A stretch of DNA of 64,000 bases from Nibricoccus sp. (GTDB taxonomy: Bacteria; Verrucomicrobiota; Verrucomicrobiia; Opitutales; Opitutaceae): assembly GCA_047602425.1 (NCBI GenBank), contig JASGHG010000001.1, positions 2,112,001-2,176,000 on the forward strand, read 5' to 3'. Shown one piece after another: positions 48,771-59,500 of this stretch. The position numbers were made by a program, and so were the translations under genes. Position 1 is the stretch's first letter; the number at the start of each line of letters is the position of its first letter. The notes under the pieces were generated by a model, which was given only the letters and a program-made list of their open reading frames with translations, searched no databases and was not told the origin of the DNA.

Positions 48771-49898
48771 ATGCGTTCCCGCTTCTTTCCTCCCGCAGAC
48801 GAAAAATCGCACCCCTGGCAACGGCGCTGGCTGGGCAGCGGTCGCTACTGGTTGTTCCAAATGGGCGGTTGGGGCGTCTTCTGGGTGGTTCTTTCTCTAG
48901 GAAGCCTGACGTCTGGTTCGGGAGAAGCCGCGCTTCGGCACGAGCTCGTTGCGCAAACGCTGCTTACTCTCTCATTGCTCGTCTGCTCCCATTTGCTCCG
49001 GCTGCTCGTCCTTTTTCTTCGTCGCAGCGACCTGCCGGCCTGGGGGTTTTTGCCAGGTTTGATGGCCGCCACCCTCGCCACCGGCACGGCCGTATCCGGC
49101 TCCTGGGTGTATTGGTCCAGCACCTACATCGCGTTGGCAGACACGCCGCAGGAACAGGAACTGATGTTTCCCTATTTTGTCTTTTTGCTCGGCATGACGC
49201 TTCTGCTGACGGTCTGGGTTGCCCTGTATTTCGGCTATCATTCCTATACCCGCTATCAGCAAAGCATGGTCGAAGGTCTGCAACTCGCGAGCGCGATCAA
49301 GGACGCCGAGGTCCGCGCGCTGCGGGCACAAATCAACCCGCATTTTCTTTTTAACAGCCTCAATACTTTACGCGCATTGATCCCGCGCAATCTCGACCGG
49401 CCTCGCGAAGCGATCACGCTGCTGGCCGACATGCTTCGGGCCAGCCTTACCGTGGGGCAACAACGAACCATCACCCTGGCCCAGGAACTTGAGACGGTGC
49501 GCAATTACCTCGCGCTCGAACAGCTCCGCTTCGAGGAACGTCTCCGCGTGCGCCTCGATATCGAGCCCGCCACCTGCACCTACTTTCTTCCGCCTTTCGT
49601 GCTTCAAACCCTCGTTGAAAATGCGCTCAAGTTCGGCGTCGCGCCCTTCGAGGCGGGCGGAGAGATTCACATTACGACTCGATTGCAGGACCAGTCCCTC
49701 TTGCTGATCGTGAAAAATCAAGGCGTGCTCAACGCCGCGAGTTCCAGCACCGGTCTAGGCCTAACGAATGCCCGCTCACGACTTCACCTGCTCTGCGGAC
49801 CCAATGCCACCATTGCACTCACTCAGGAGGATTCCTGGGTCGTCGCTCGACTAACCATTCCCCAGTATCTTGTTCCTAGCAATAGTCTCCACTCATGA
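48771..49898 (+). CDS. LytS/YehU-type sensor histidine kinase
   Basis: LRAQINPHFLFNSLN, LQTLVENALKFG, TGLGLTN. Confidence 0.92.
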   Translation: MRSRFFPPADEKSHPWQRRWLGSGRYWLFQMGGWGVFWVVLSLGSLTSGSGEAALRHELVAQTLLTLSLLVCSHLLRLLVLFLRRSDLPAWGFLPGLMAATLATGTAVSGSWVYWSSTYIALADTPQEQELMFPYFVFLLGMTLLLTVWVALYFGYHSYTRYQQSMVEGLQLASAIKDAEVRALRAQINPHFLFNSLNTLRALIPRNLDRPREAITLLADMLRASLTVGQQRTITLAQELETVRNYLALEQLRFEERLRVRLDIEPATCTYFLPPFVLQTLVENALKFGVAPFEAGGEIHITTRLQDQSLLLIVKNQGVLNAASSSTGLGLTNARSRLHLLCGPNATIALTQEDSWVVARLTIPQYLVPSNSLHS

Positions 49899-50626
49899 AA
49901 GCTGTCATCATCGACGACGAACGTCCCGCGCGGCAGGAATTGCGAACCCTGCTTGAAGATCATCCTTCCATTGAAATTTGCGGCGAAGCGGAAAACGTCA
50001 GCGCTGCCCTCCGGCTGATTGCGAAGGAAAAACCCGACCTTCTCTTTCTCGATATACAAATGCCAGGGAAAACAGGCTTCGATCTCCTCGAGGAGCTTCC
50101 CGCACCCCACCCGTACATCGTCTTCACTACCGCTTACGACGAATATGCCGTGCGCGCCTTCGAAATCAACGCGCTCGATTACCTCATGAAGCCGATCAAT
50201 CCAAAGCGGCTCCAAACTGCGCTCGATCGCCTGCTGGACCGCCAGATCGTGAACGCAGACTCGCCCGATTCCGCCACAGCCGCCGGGCCTTGGACCGAAG
50301 AGGATCGCGTGTTCGTCCGTGAACATGACCGATGCTGGTTTGTACCGCTAAAATCCGTGCGCCTGATCGAGTCCGAAGGCAATCATTCGCGCATCCATTT
50401 TGAGCACGAGCAGCCCCTGCTGCACCGCACACTCGGATCATTGGAGGAAAAATTGCCGGCCAAAATCTTTCTGCGCGCGAATCGCGCCCAAATTGTGAAT
50501 CTTTCCTTCGTCGATACGATCGAGCCGTGGTTCAGCGGCAGCCTCAAGGTCAAGCTCCGTGACGGTTCCGAAGTCGAATTCTCCCGTCGCCAGGCCCAGC
50601 TCTTTCGCGAGCGCATGAGCCTGTAG
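49895..50626 (+). CDS. LytTR-family response regulator
   Basis: IDDE, FLDIQMPG, TAYDEYAVRAFE, FLRANRAQIVNL. Confidence 0.94.
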   Translation: MKAVIIDDERPARQELRTLLEDHPSIEICGEAENVSAALRLIAKEKPDLLFLDIQMPGKTGFDLLEELPAPHPYIVFTTAYDEYAVRAFEINALDYLMKPINPKRLQTALDRLLDRQIVNADSPDSATAAGPWTEEDRVFVREHDRCWFVPLKSVRLIESEGNHSRIHFEHEQPLLHRTLGSLEEKLPAKIFLRANRAQIVNLSFVDTIEPWFSGSLKVKLRDGSEVEFSRRQAQLFRERMSL

Positions 50627-50677
50627 CTCAAGCCGACCGAACTCATGCTTATCGCTTTTTCGGCGTACCGAGTCATG

Positions 50678-50705
50678 AAAAAAGCCCGGTCGAACGACCG
50701 GGCTT
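50678..50705 (-). terminator. Intrinsic terminator after kduD
   Basis: GCCCGGTCG/CGACCGGGC stem with A6 on the + strand. Confidence 0.8.
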
Positions 50706-50730
50706 GGAGATAGAAAAAGTTTTGGTTCGT

Positions 50731-51498
50731 TTAGCGGGCGAGCCAGCCACCGTCGACGGCCACAACGTAACCGTTGATGTAGTCGGATGCCGCCGAGGCC
50801 AGGAAAACAACCGCGCCTTTGAGATCGTCGGGCGTGCCCCAGCGACCAGCGGGAATGCGCTCGAGGATGGCGTTGGCGCGATTCGCGTCGGCGCGGAGAG
50901 GAGCGGTGTTGTCGGTCGCCATGTAGCCGGGAGCGATGGCGTTGGTGTTGATGCCCTTCGAAGCGAGCTCGTTGGCCATGAGGCGAGTGAGGCCGGCAAC
51001 GGCGCTCTTCGAGCAGGTGTAGGAAGGCACGCGGATGCCGCCTTGGAAGGAGAGCATCGACGCAATGTTGATGATCTTGGCCTTCGCGCCGCGGGCGATG
51101 ACATCGCGCACGAAGCATTGGCTCAGCATGAAGACCGCATCGATGTTGATGCCCATGACGTCGTCCCAATCCTTCTCGGTAAAATCGACAAAGTCAGCGC
51201 GGCGAATGATGCCGGCGCAGTTCACCAAGATGTCGAGGCTGGCGAAATGTTTTTTCGCGTCGGTGATGACCTGCGGGATCGCAGCGCGGTCACCGAGATT
51301 GCCGACGATGGCGACGGCTTTGCGGCCGAGGGCCTTGACTTGCTTGACGGTGTCGTCGGCAGGGAGGATGTCGACGGCGACGATGTCAGCGCCGGCTTCG
51401 GCGAGGGCGAGGGCCATGCCCTGGCCAAGGCCGCGGGCCGCACCGGTGACAACGGCGACTTTGCCGTCGAGTTTAAACAGATCGAGGATGGAGCTCAT
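50731..51498 (-). CDS. kduD: 2-dehydro-3-deoxy-D-gluconate 5-dehydrogenase
   Basis: GAARGLG, NCAGIIRR, ASMLSFQGGIRVPSYTCSK, VDGGWLAR; adjacent to kduI. Confidence 0.95.
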   Translation of the reverse strand: MSSILDLFKLDGKVAVVTGAARGLGQGMALALAEAGADIVAVDILPADDTVKQVKALGRKAVAIVGNLGDRAAIPQVITDAKKHFASLDILVNCAGIIRRADFVDFTEKDWDDVMGINIDAVFMLSQCFVRDVIARGAKAKIINIASMLSFQGGIRVPSYTCSKSAVAGLTRLMANELASKGINTNAIAPGYMATDNTAPLRADANRANAILERIPAGRWGTPDDLKGAVVFLASAASDYINGYVVAVDGGWLAR

Positions 51499-51541
51499 TT
51501 TTTATTTCGGATGGGTATGTGGAGGTTGAGCGTGGTTCAGC

Positions 51542-52366
51542 TCAGCGGAGTTCAGAAATCGGTGCGGGGTCCATGTCGGCGAAGACCTGGTTGTCGCCGC
51601 CCATCGCCCAGACAAAACGATAGCTGGCGGTGCCGACGCCTGCGTGGATCGACCACGCCGGGGAAAGGACGGCCTCGCGATCGCGGACGATGAGATGGCG
51701 CGTGGCATGCGGTTCCCCCATCAGGTGGACAACCATCTGGTCGGCCACGTCGAAATAGAGGTAGACTTCGGTTCGGCGACTGTGAGTGTGAGGAGGCATC
51801 GTGTTCCAGACAGAGCCGGGTTCGAATTCGGTAAAACCGAGAACGAGCTGGCAGCTCTTGATGCCGTCGATGTGGATGTATTTGTTGATGCGGCGGCGGT
51901 TGGCCTTGGTGACATCGCCGATGGGGTCGGTCTTGACGTCGGCGCGGCGCATGACGGCTGTCGGGTATTTCGCGTGCGCGGGTGTGCTGACAAAATAGAA
52001 AGCGGCCTGACCGTTCGGACCATTTTCGAAAGAAACGTCTTTTTCGCCGAGACCGACGTAAATGCAGTCGAGTGTACCGAGTTCGTAGCGTTTGCCGGCA
52101 ACGGTCACGATGCCCGGCGATGCGAGATTGAGAATGCCGATTTCGCGACGCTCGAGGAAGAAACTCGTGCCGGTGGCCTTCGCATTCGGAAGAGCAATGG
52201 GGGCTCCGGCAGGGAGCACGCCGCCGATAATCATGCGGTCGAGATCGGTGTAGTGAGCCACGACTTGGCCTGGCTGGAACAAACCTTGGATAAGGAAATT
52301 CTCGCGCAGTTCTTCTGTGCTGAGGATGTTGGTCTGTTGGGGGCTCGGGAAGTAATGAAGTTTCAT
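51542..52366 (-). CDS. kduI: 4-deoxy-L-threo-5-hexosulose-uronate ketol-isomerase
   Basis: FLERREIG, SCQL, GSVWNTMPPHTHSRRTEVY, SPAWSIHAGVG. Confidence 0.95.
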   Translation of the reverse strand: MKLHYFPSPQQTNILSTEELRENFLIQGLFQPGQVVAHYTDLDRMIIGGVLPAGAPIALPNAKATGTSFFLERREIGILNLASPGIVTVAGKRYELGTLDCIYVGLGEKDVSFENGPNGQAAFYFVSTPAHAKYPTAVMRRADVKTDPIGDVTKANRRRINKYIHIDGIKSCQLVLGFTEFEPGSVWNTMPPHTHSRRTEVYLYFDVADQMVVHLMGEPHATRHLIVRDREAVLSPAWSIHAGVGTASYRFVWAMGGDNQVFADMDPAPISELR

Positions 52367-52474
52367 CGCAAGATGGGTGTTGTTTGAGTTTTCAGACTGG
52401 AAGGGTTGAGCGCAAGTCCGCACCTCGTGCCGCCACAGGTTAAAAGCACCTGTAGGCGGAGCGGTAAGGCCGCT

Positions 52475-53707
52475 TTATTTGGCGGCGGCCCAAGTCACTT
52501 TAACCGGCGAAGCGAGGCGGGCGGCAAAAGCCTGCAGATATGCCTCCCACTCGGCCTTGGACTTGATTTCGCCGGCGCGGCTCCAAGCGGCTCCCACGTA
52601 GCTCGTGACGGGCTGACCCGACTTGGCTTTGGTGAGGGCGAGAAGGTTGACCACTTCCTTGCCGGTTTCATCCACGAAACCAGCCAGTCTTCCTGGCGGC
52701 AAAACGATCGCGGTGCCAAGGGCGTCGTTGGATTTTTGGACGACCCACTGGCCAAGGATGGCGGACGCTTCGTTTTGGATGACCTCGGTCTTCGGTTCCT
52801 GGTTTTTGTCGGAATTGTTTTTGTTGAGACCAACCGCAACGGTGAGTTCGGCAGGACCGGAGAAGGTGAATGTGCTGTCAATCCGGTCGAGCTGATGGCC
52901 AGCGTCAACGGTGTAGCGTTTGACCTCGGAGACTTTCACGCCGTTGGCGTCCCACGCGTCATAGGTGAGTTCGAAAATGGCGCGGATCGGCCCGTTCGCG
53001 ATGACCTTCCACGTGGTGTAGTTGCGGCCCACATACAAATTGCCGTTCTCGTAAATACCGGTGCCGCCGCAGCCGCAGGATTTACCGACGTTGTACATGT
53101 CCATGCCTTCGCCTTCGTCATGATGATAGTGGTCGTGGCCTTTATTGTACCAACGATCGACGATCGGATAGCTGACGCGTTTGCACCAGATATCGACGCC
53201 ACTGGTGACAAGCACTTCTTTTTTCATGCCTTCGGGAGACGGCGCGGCGAGAGCCTGGCCGTAGGTGCGATGCGCGATCTTGTCGTTTTCCCAAGCGAAG
53301 TCGTCGAGGCGCTCCGGAACGTAACGCGCAAAAGCCTTGGTCGGAAAAATCGGCGAAACCGTTTCGGTTTTCTCCACGGTGAACGTCGCGGATTTTTCGC
53401 CAGCGGCGAAGCTGTACTGAAATATGAGATCGCCGTAAGCGATGCCCTTAACCTCGGGATCCTTGGCGAGCGGCGCCACGTTGGTAACCTGGTAAGGGAG
53501 ACTGTGGCCGGCGGAATCCTTCACCGCGATTTTTTGCAGCAGCGCGTGCGGCAGGGCATTGTTCACTTCGCTCCACGGAATCGTGATGGTTTCGGAAGGC
53601 CGAGCGATCGAGAGATCGTGAGTGACGGTGACGGTGAGTTTTTCAGCGGCGCCAAGCGAGGCCGCGGTCCAGAGGGAAGCGAAAAGAAACAAGGCAGAGG
53701 ATTTCAT
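52475..53707 (-). CDS. Secreted DUF4861-like protein of pectin-utilisation loci
   Basis: Signal peptide MKSSALFLF; PERLDDFAWENDKIAHRTYG, SGVDIWCK, YHHDEGEGMD. Confidence 0.75.
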   Translation of the reverse strand: MKSSALFLFASLWTAASLGAAEKLTVTVTHDLSIARPSETITIPWSEVNNALPHALLQKIAVKDSAGHSLPYQVTNVAPLAKDPEVKGIAYGDLIFQYSFAAGEKSATFTVEKTETVSPIFPTKAFARYVPERLDDFAWENDKIAHRTYGQALAAPSPEGMKKEVLVTSGVDIWCKRVSYPIVDRWYNKGHDHYHHDEGEGMDMYNVGKSCGCGGTGIYENGNLYVGRNYTTWKVIANGPIRAIFELTYDAWDANGVKVSEVKRYTVDAGHQLDRIDSTFTFSGPAELTVAVGLNKNNSDKNQEPKTEVIQNEASAILGQWVVQKSNDALGTAIVLPPGRLAGFVDETGKEVVNLLALTKAKSGQPVTSYVGAAWSRAGEIKSKAEWEAYLQAFAARLASPVKVTWAAAK

Positions 53708-53936
53708 GGGGACGAAAGGATGACCGAGGGAAACAATCAGGACAAAAGCCAGCGTTTTAAGGGAAAATTTAAGCGTCAAAGATACGTGTCCGAGAGGCAA
53801 GGGAGATTTCACACAAGTGGCGAGCCGTCTGCCTTCGAACCGTCAGCCTCAGATCCTGTTTTGAGGGCAAAAGAGCGGGCTTTTCGCGAAATGCACTTGG
53901 CTCGACTCGCAAGGCACCGCTTGTTTTTGTGCGACT

Positions 53937-56216
53937 ATGCCGAAGCCGTCCCGTCCCGTCCCGCCAAATCCTGCATTCCAAGGCGAGATTAAATCTCCGA
54001 AGCAGGCGGTCATTTTTTGGGAACGACCTTGGGTATTATGGGTGGTTTTGGTGCTGCTCGCGGGCAGTATCGTCGCAGTTTACTCCAACTCCTTGCGGGT
54101 ACCCAACCATCTCGATGATTTGGATTCGATTGGAAAAAATGAATCGATTAAAAAATTTTCCACCGCCCTATTTCCACCGCGCAACAGCGGCGTAACGGTC
54201 AGCGGCCGGCCGTTACTCAATCTGTCGCTCGCAATTAACTACAGCATTCACGGCACCGACGTGATGGGCTATCACGTTGGTAACATTCTGATTCACGTTG
54301 CAGCCGCTCTTGCGTTGCTGGGTGTGGTGCGCCGGACGCTTCGCTTGCCATTGCTGGTCGAAAAATATGGTCAGCATGCTACACCGCTCGCATTCGGTGT
54401 GGCGGCGCTGTGGGCTTTGCATCCACTGCAAACAGAGTCGGTCACCTATATCATTCAACGCGCGGAATCGCTCGTGGGATTGTGCTATCTATTCACGTTA
54501 TATGCTTTCATACGCAGCTTGGAAAAACCGTCGCGATTCTGGCCTGTCGCGACAATCGTCACGTGCTATCTCGGTATGGCGTCCAAGGAAGTCATGGCCA
54601 CGGCACCCTTGGTGATATTCCTCTTTGATCGGACATTCGTGAGCGGCACGTTTGCGGAAAGCTGGCGACGCCATCGCAATCTTTTTCTTGGAATGGCATC
54701 GAGCTGGCTCTTGCTCCTGGTTTTGGTCATATCGAGTGGCGGCCGCGGAAGCTCGGTGGGCTATGCGGCGGTTTCGGCTTGGGACTACGCCCTTACACAA
54801 ACCTCCGCCGTGATCCGGTATCTCAAGCTTGCGTTCATTCCAAATGACCAAGTGTTCGATTATGGACCCACAGTGGAAAAGACCCCTTCCGTTTTGGTCA
54901 CAAGCACATCTTTGCTCCTGCCACTTTTGGCGACTACCGTCGTCGCGTTGCGAAAATGGCCCATTGCCGGCTTTTTCGGCGCCGTTTTTTTTCTCATTCT
55001 CGCTCCGACCTCCAGCATAGTGCCAGTGGCGACCCAAACGATTGCCGAGCATCGAATGTATCTGTCGCTAGCCGCCTTGTCCGCTGGCGCAGCATTTTTG
55101 TGTTATCGCGGAATGGGCAAGTTCACTATTTGGATGTTGGTTCCCTTGGCAGCTTTACTCGGGATTGTTTCGCACGAACGCAATAAGGTATATTTGACGC
55201 CACGCGCACTCTGGGAAGATACGGTCTTCAAAATGCCCGACAATATTCGTGCACTAAACAATCTCGGCACCGTCTATCTCGATATTGATGAAATTGATGG
55301 TGCATTGAAGTGTTTCGAAGGCGCGCTTGAGCTAGTGCCAACCTTCACAGTCTCGAAAAGCAATTTGGGACGCGCTTTAATATTGAAGGCCGTGAAAAAT
55401 GCGGGCTTGGACAAAGTTAAAGGCGACTTGCTCATGGGCGTAGCTATGGGCGCCGGAGCTAAAGAGTTGGAAACGCTCGCAACCAATGAAATGGTCCAAA
55501 AGGGCCTCAATCTGATGGAATATGCTGTGAAAGCGGATCCCACTAATTCAAACTATGCGCTGTGCTACGGGAACGCGCTTTTGCTGCTCCGTCGGGCAGA
55601 AGAAGCAGTCGAATGGTTGGCAAAGGCCGTGGCTATCGACAATAACAGCCATGATGCGCATTTTGGGTTGGGCAATGCACTCGCCTTTCTGGACCGAAAT
55701 GACGGTGCAGCTTTGCACTTTAATGCAGCTTTGCGCCTGCAAGAGAATGATTCTGAAACCCTCACTAATTATGGTGCGCTCCTCCGCCGAATGGGCCAGG
55801 TTCCGGAATCAATTGCCAAATTGGAGTCAGCGCTGAAGCTCGCACCCAACAACGCCCGTATTCATAGCAACCTCGGAGTGTCTCTTTTGGAAGGCGGACG
55901 AGTAGATGATGCAATTTTTCAATTAAAAGAAGCTCTACGACTCGATCCGGACATACCACAGGCACGCTATAATCTGTCCAATGCACTCGCTGAAACAGGC
56001 CAGCCTCAAGAGGCTATTACTCATTTGGAGGCATTGCTCAGAATCACACCGCCGACTGCGGAACTCGTGAGCAATCTCGGCGTTTTGTACGCACGAGTCG
56101 GCCGCCTTAACGAAGCGGTTCGACTGATGCGCCAAGCGCTCGAGCTCGATCCACAATATAGTCCTGCACAAGAGAATCTCGACAAGATCTCCGCCTATAT
56201 TAACACGCATCGGTAG
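53937..56216 (+). CDS. TMTC-like membrane glycosyltransferase (GT-C) with C-terminal TPR array
   Basis: DD in the first loop, RPL, HPLQTESVTYI..R.E, SKE, AEHRMYL, then multiple TPRs. Confidence 0.85.
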   Translation: MPKPSRPVPPNPAFQGEIKSPKQAVIFWERPWVLWVVLVLLAGSIVAVYSNSLRVPNHLDDLDSIGKNESIKKFSTALFPPRNSGVTVSGRPLLNLSLAINYSIHGTDVMGYHVGNILIHVAAALALLGVVRRTLRLPLLVEKYGQHATPLAFGVAALWALHPLQTESVTYIIQRAESLVGLCYLFTLYAFIRSLEKPSRFWPVATIVTCYLGMASKEVMATAPLVIFLFDRTFVSGTFAESWRRHRNLFLGMASSWLLLLVLVISSGGRGSSVGYAAVSAWDYALTQTSAVIRYLKLAFIPNDQVFDYGPTVEKTPSVLVTSTSLLLPLLATTVVALRKWPIAGFFGAVFFLILAPTSSIVPVATQTIAEHRMYLSLAALSAGAAFLCYRGMGKFTIWMLVPLAALLGIVSHERNKVYLTPRALWEDTVFKMPDNIRALNNLGTVYLDIDEIDGALKCFEGALELVPTFTVSKSNLGRALILKAVKNAGLDKVKGDLLMGVAMGAGAKELETLATNEMVQKGLNLMEYAVKADPTNSNYALCYGNALLLLRRAEEAVEWLAKAVAIDNNSHDAHFGLGNALAFLDRNDGAALHFNAALRLQENDSETLTNYGALLRRMGQVPESIAKLESALKLAPNNARIHSNLGVSLLEGGRVDDAIFQLKEALRLDPDIPQARYNLSNALAETGQPQEAITHLEALLRITPPTAELVSNLGVLYARVGRLNEAVRLMRQALELDPQYSPAQENLDKISAYINTHR

Positions 56217-56503
56217 ATTGCCGTTGAAATGCATTGGCCTTCGTGGCTTGTGACTAGATATAAGGTGTATCGTGCTGGTGAGTCATGGTACGGCCAGGAT
56301 GCCTCTCCGCCAAAAGGTCAAAACAATGACCCCCCCGGAGCAAGCTCCGGGGTATCACAGAAAGGGGCTTCGCCCCGATGGCAGTGGGCGATGTCCATCC
56401 TCGCCGCAAGCAGCGAGGAATTGAGCCGTCCCAATTAAACAATATCAAGATGACCAGGGACGATCTCTGCCTCGTATTTGATGCAGAGTTGTTCGATGAC
56501 ATG

Positions 56504-56534
56504 AAAAAAGCCAGCCGCACAAGGCGGCTGGCTT
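56504..56534 (-). terminator. Intrinsic terminator of the TonB-dependent receptor
   Basis: GCCAGCCGC/GCGGCTGGC stem with A6 on the + strand. Confidence 0.82.
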
Positions 56535-56565
56535 GAATGAAATATAATCTACCAGTTGGTTCAGC

Positions 56566-59500
56566 TTAGAACGCGCCTTTTACGCCAACATTGATGCTGG
56601 CGCCATAGTTGCCATTACGCGTGGTGTACAGTTCCCGCTCCTGATAATTGAATTTCGCGGAATTCAGGATGTTGTTCACACCGATGTAAACCGAGGCGTT
56701 CTTGTGCAGTTTGTACTCCATGTTGATGCTGACTACCGTGCGTGGCGCCTGATAAGTGGTCACGTTTGAATTTGCACCCGTTCCCGGTACAAAGAGATCC
56801 AAGTCACGGTTATAACTCAGACCACTGAGGGCGGAAATACGCTTTCCGGTCCAAGTAACAGACGTTTGGGCTTTGAAATTACCCACTTTATAACGGAGGA
56901 TGAAGTTAGCAGAATCAACAGCCATACCATCGCCCGCACCAGGGACGAGAGCCCAAAGGCGTTCTTCTTCAGGTTCAAAATGGCTGTAATTAGCCGTAAC
57001 GCCCAATCCTTTAAGAGCACCCGGCAGGAAGGAGAGTTCCTGACTGTAAGCGAGTTCGTAACCCCACAGCGATGTCTTGGGCCCATTGATCGTTGAACTG
57101 AAATTACTCGCGGCATTGGCCAGCTCAGAATCACTGTATCCGGCTTCACGAAGCTGGGCGAGGATCTCTGGCGAGGCGTTGGTGATGGAGATGCTCGGCT
57201 GAGTCATCTGAATGTCCTTAATATCCTTATAGAAGAACGTAGCTGAGAGCAGGCCGACTGGCTCAAAGTAGTATTCGAGCGAGACGTCGTAATTCCTAGC
57301 CGTCTCAGGTTTCAACGAAGTATTGTTGATCGAAAAATTATACGATGTGCCGTCGTTGTTGTCGGTGGCAGTGATACCGCCTACAACGCTCTGGAAATCA
57401 GGACGCAACACAGAGGCATATGCCGCAGCACGAGCGATTAGATTTTTCGTGATTTGATAACGTGCTTGGACGCTCGGCAGGGTATTGTTGTAATCATGCG
57501 TGCGAGGTACCCGGCCGCCGTATCGATAATAGATGTAATCCATGAACTGAGTGCCGGTCGTACCCACAGCGGTCTTGGCCGTCGTCGTCATGCCCGCGAT
57601 CTGGGTGGTCGTGTAACCAAGGGCAAGAAGCGTGTTATTGCCGCCTTTATCGTCAAATGCACGACCTGTCGTGGTTGTTTTTTCAAAACGAAGGCCAGTC
57701 ACGACGCTAAGGTTCTTAAGGGGCTTGAATGTGCCCATCAGGTAGGCCGCTTTGATCTGTTCTTTCAGGTCGACATCGTTTTGTAGCAAGAAGCGCAAAT
57801 TGTTGTTTACCTGGGCCTGGAATGGGCCCCTTGCAGTAAGGGAAAATGGATCAAAAGCTCCGGAATTTTTGAAGATATCAAAAAGGACCCATTTATTGGG
57901 CGCGGGAGTTTTGGCCGTAGTGCCAAATCGATCCGTGACCGTACCAACGCCACCGCTGAAGCTTTCGCGGAAATCCTGAAGATTGATCGCCGTGGCACTG
58001 GTTGGGCCAGTCGTGAGCGTCATCGTCCAACTTCCTTGGAAATTAGAGATATCGCGGACCTCAAGCGAATTGGCGGCGCCCGCCTTAAATTTGACGGGAA
58101 CAGCCCAATCAGACATATCCAGTTCAACATCGACATTCGCCGTCCACATCTGGTCCTTGGAATTACGGCGTTCGTTACGCACCAAACCGTTTGAATTATA
58201 GTTACCGAGATCAAACAAGCTGCCGGTGTTCGCGGCACCACCAGCCGTCGTGTTTATTTGCGTGATGGCGACATCGTCGTCGGCAAGGCGGTTGTGCGAC
58301 CAGCTTACGCCACGCATTTCGGCCTGGACGAGCGAGAAATAACCATCCTGTCCAGAGGTATATGCATTCTTAGCTTGGGAGTAGGAAACTGAACCGTCCA
58401 CCTTGAGGTTGTCGCGTTTCCAGCTGACTGCCGGACTAACGATGAATGTGCCACCGCTCTTCCGCTGGTTACTTCCGGCAACGCGAGCGTAATTGCTGCT
58501 GCTGGCGTTGGTGGTGGAAAGATGGTCTGCAGATACTTCAGTGATATTGACATTGCCGGTTGCAGCCGTGGTTCCGTTAACCAGCCAATTACGATTATAG
58601 AACTCCGAACGGTAATAACCGTAGTTTGTACGCAGGGACAGCTTCAGGTCCTCAGAAACCTTGTAGTCGAAATTCAACAGGAACGAGTCACGCCACGTCG
58701 GCTTGAGACCATGTTGGAAATTCCAAGTCGTAATCGTAGGAATTTCTGTGCTGTTGTTATCAGGATTTGAATCGAAAGAATTGGTGCCGATCACAATACG
58801 TTGTTCGGCATAGGCACCGGAATGTGCAACTGATGCAACCATACCGAGCTTGCCATCGAAGAAGGTGTCGACCCATTCGATTTTGGCACCAGGCAGCGCC
58901 TTATAGTGCTCAGTGTTATCCCAACCCTTCGACTCCTTAAGATTAATATTCCACTCATTGAAGTTCAAACTGCCTTGGTATTTGATCGAGCGACCCTTTT
59001 GATTAAAGGCGCTCTTGCTAACGGCATTGATATTACCGGCAAGATTCGGCGTCATCATGTCAGGTGTCGGAGTCTTAGTGGATTCGATGGTGTCCATGGC
59101 GGCCATCGAAACCTGCTCGAGTTCGAGCTGACGGCCGGTCGAGATATTCGAAGAAGCTGCATTGGCAATCGGATGGAAATCCATCGTCGTGGTGTTGTAC
59201 TTCGGGGGAAGGCCGCGGATACGGGTCGAGCGGGCATCGTTGTCGACATAGTCTACGCTCACGCCGGGAAGCAGCTTGAGGAATTCACCGACGTTACCTT
59301 CGGAAACGTCGCCGAAGGCGTCAGCCGCGACGACCGTCTTAAGGTTTAGAGCTACGCGCTGTTCGACGATGGCTTTGGCGTTACCTTCACGAGCGCCGGA
59401 CACGGAAAACGTGCCGAGCTTGATCGTGTCGCCGTAGTCGGCGGTGGCCATGCTGAAGTCCTGCGTTACGGTGCCTTCGGCCGGAACCGTGACCGTAACT

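Noticed and set aside
52406..53992. 528-aa + strand ORF and other long antisense ORFs
   Set aside because: They are antisense shadows of real genes, as expected in high-GC DNA with strong codon bias.
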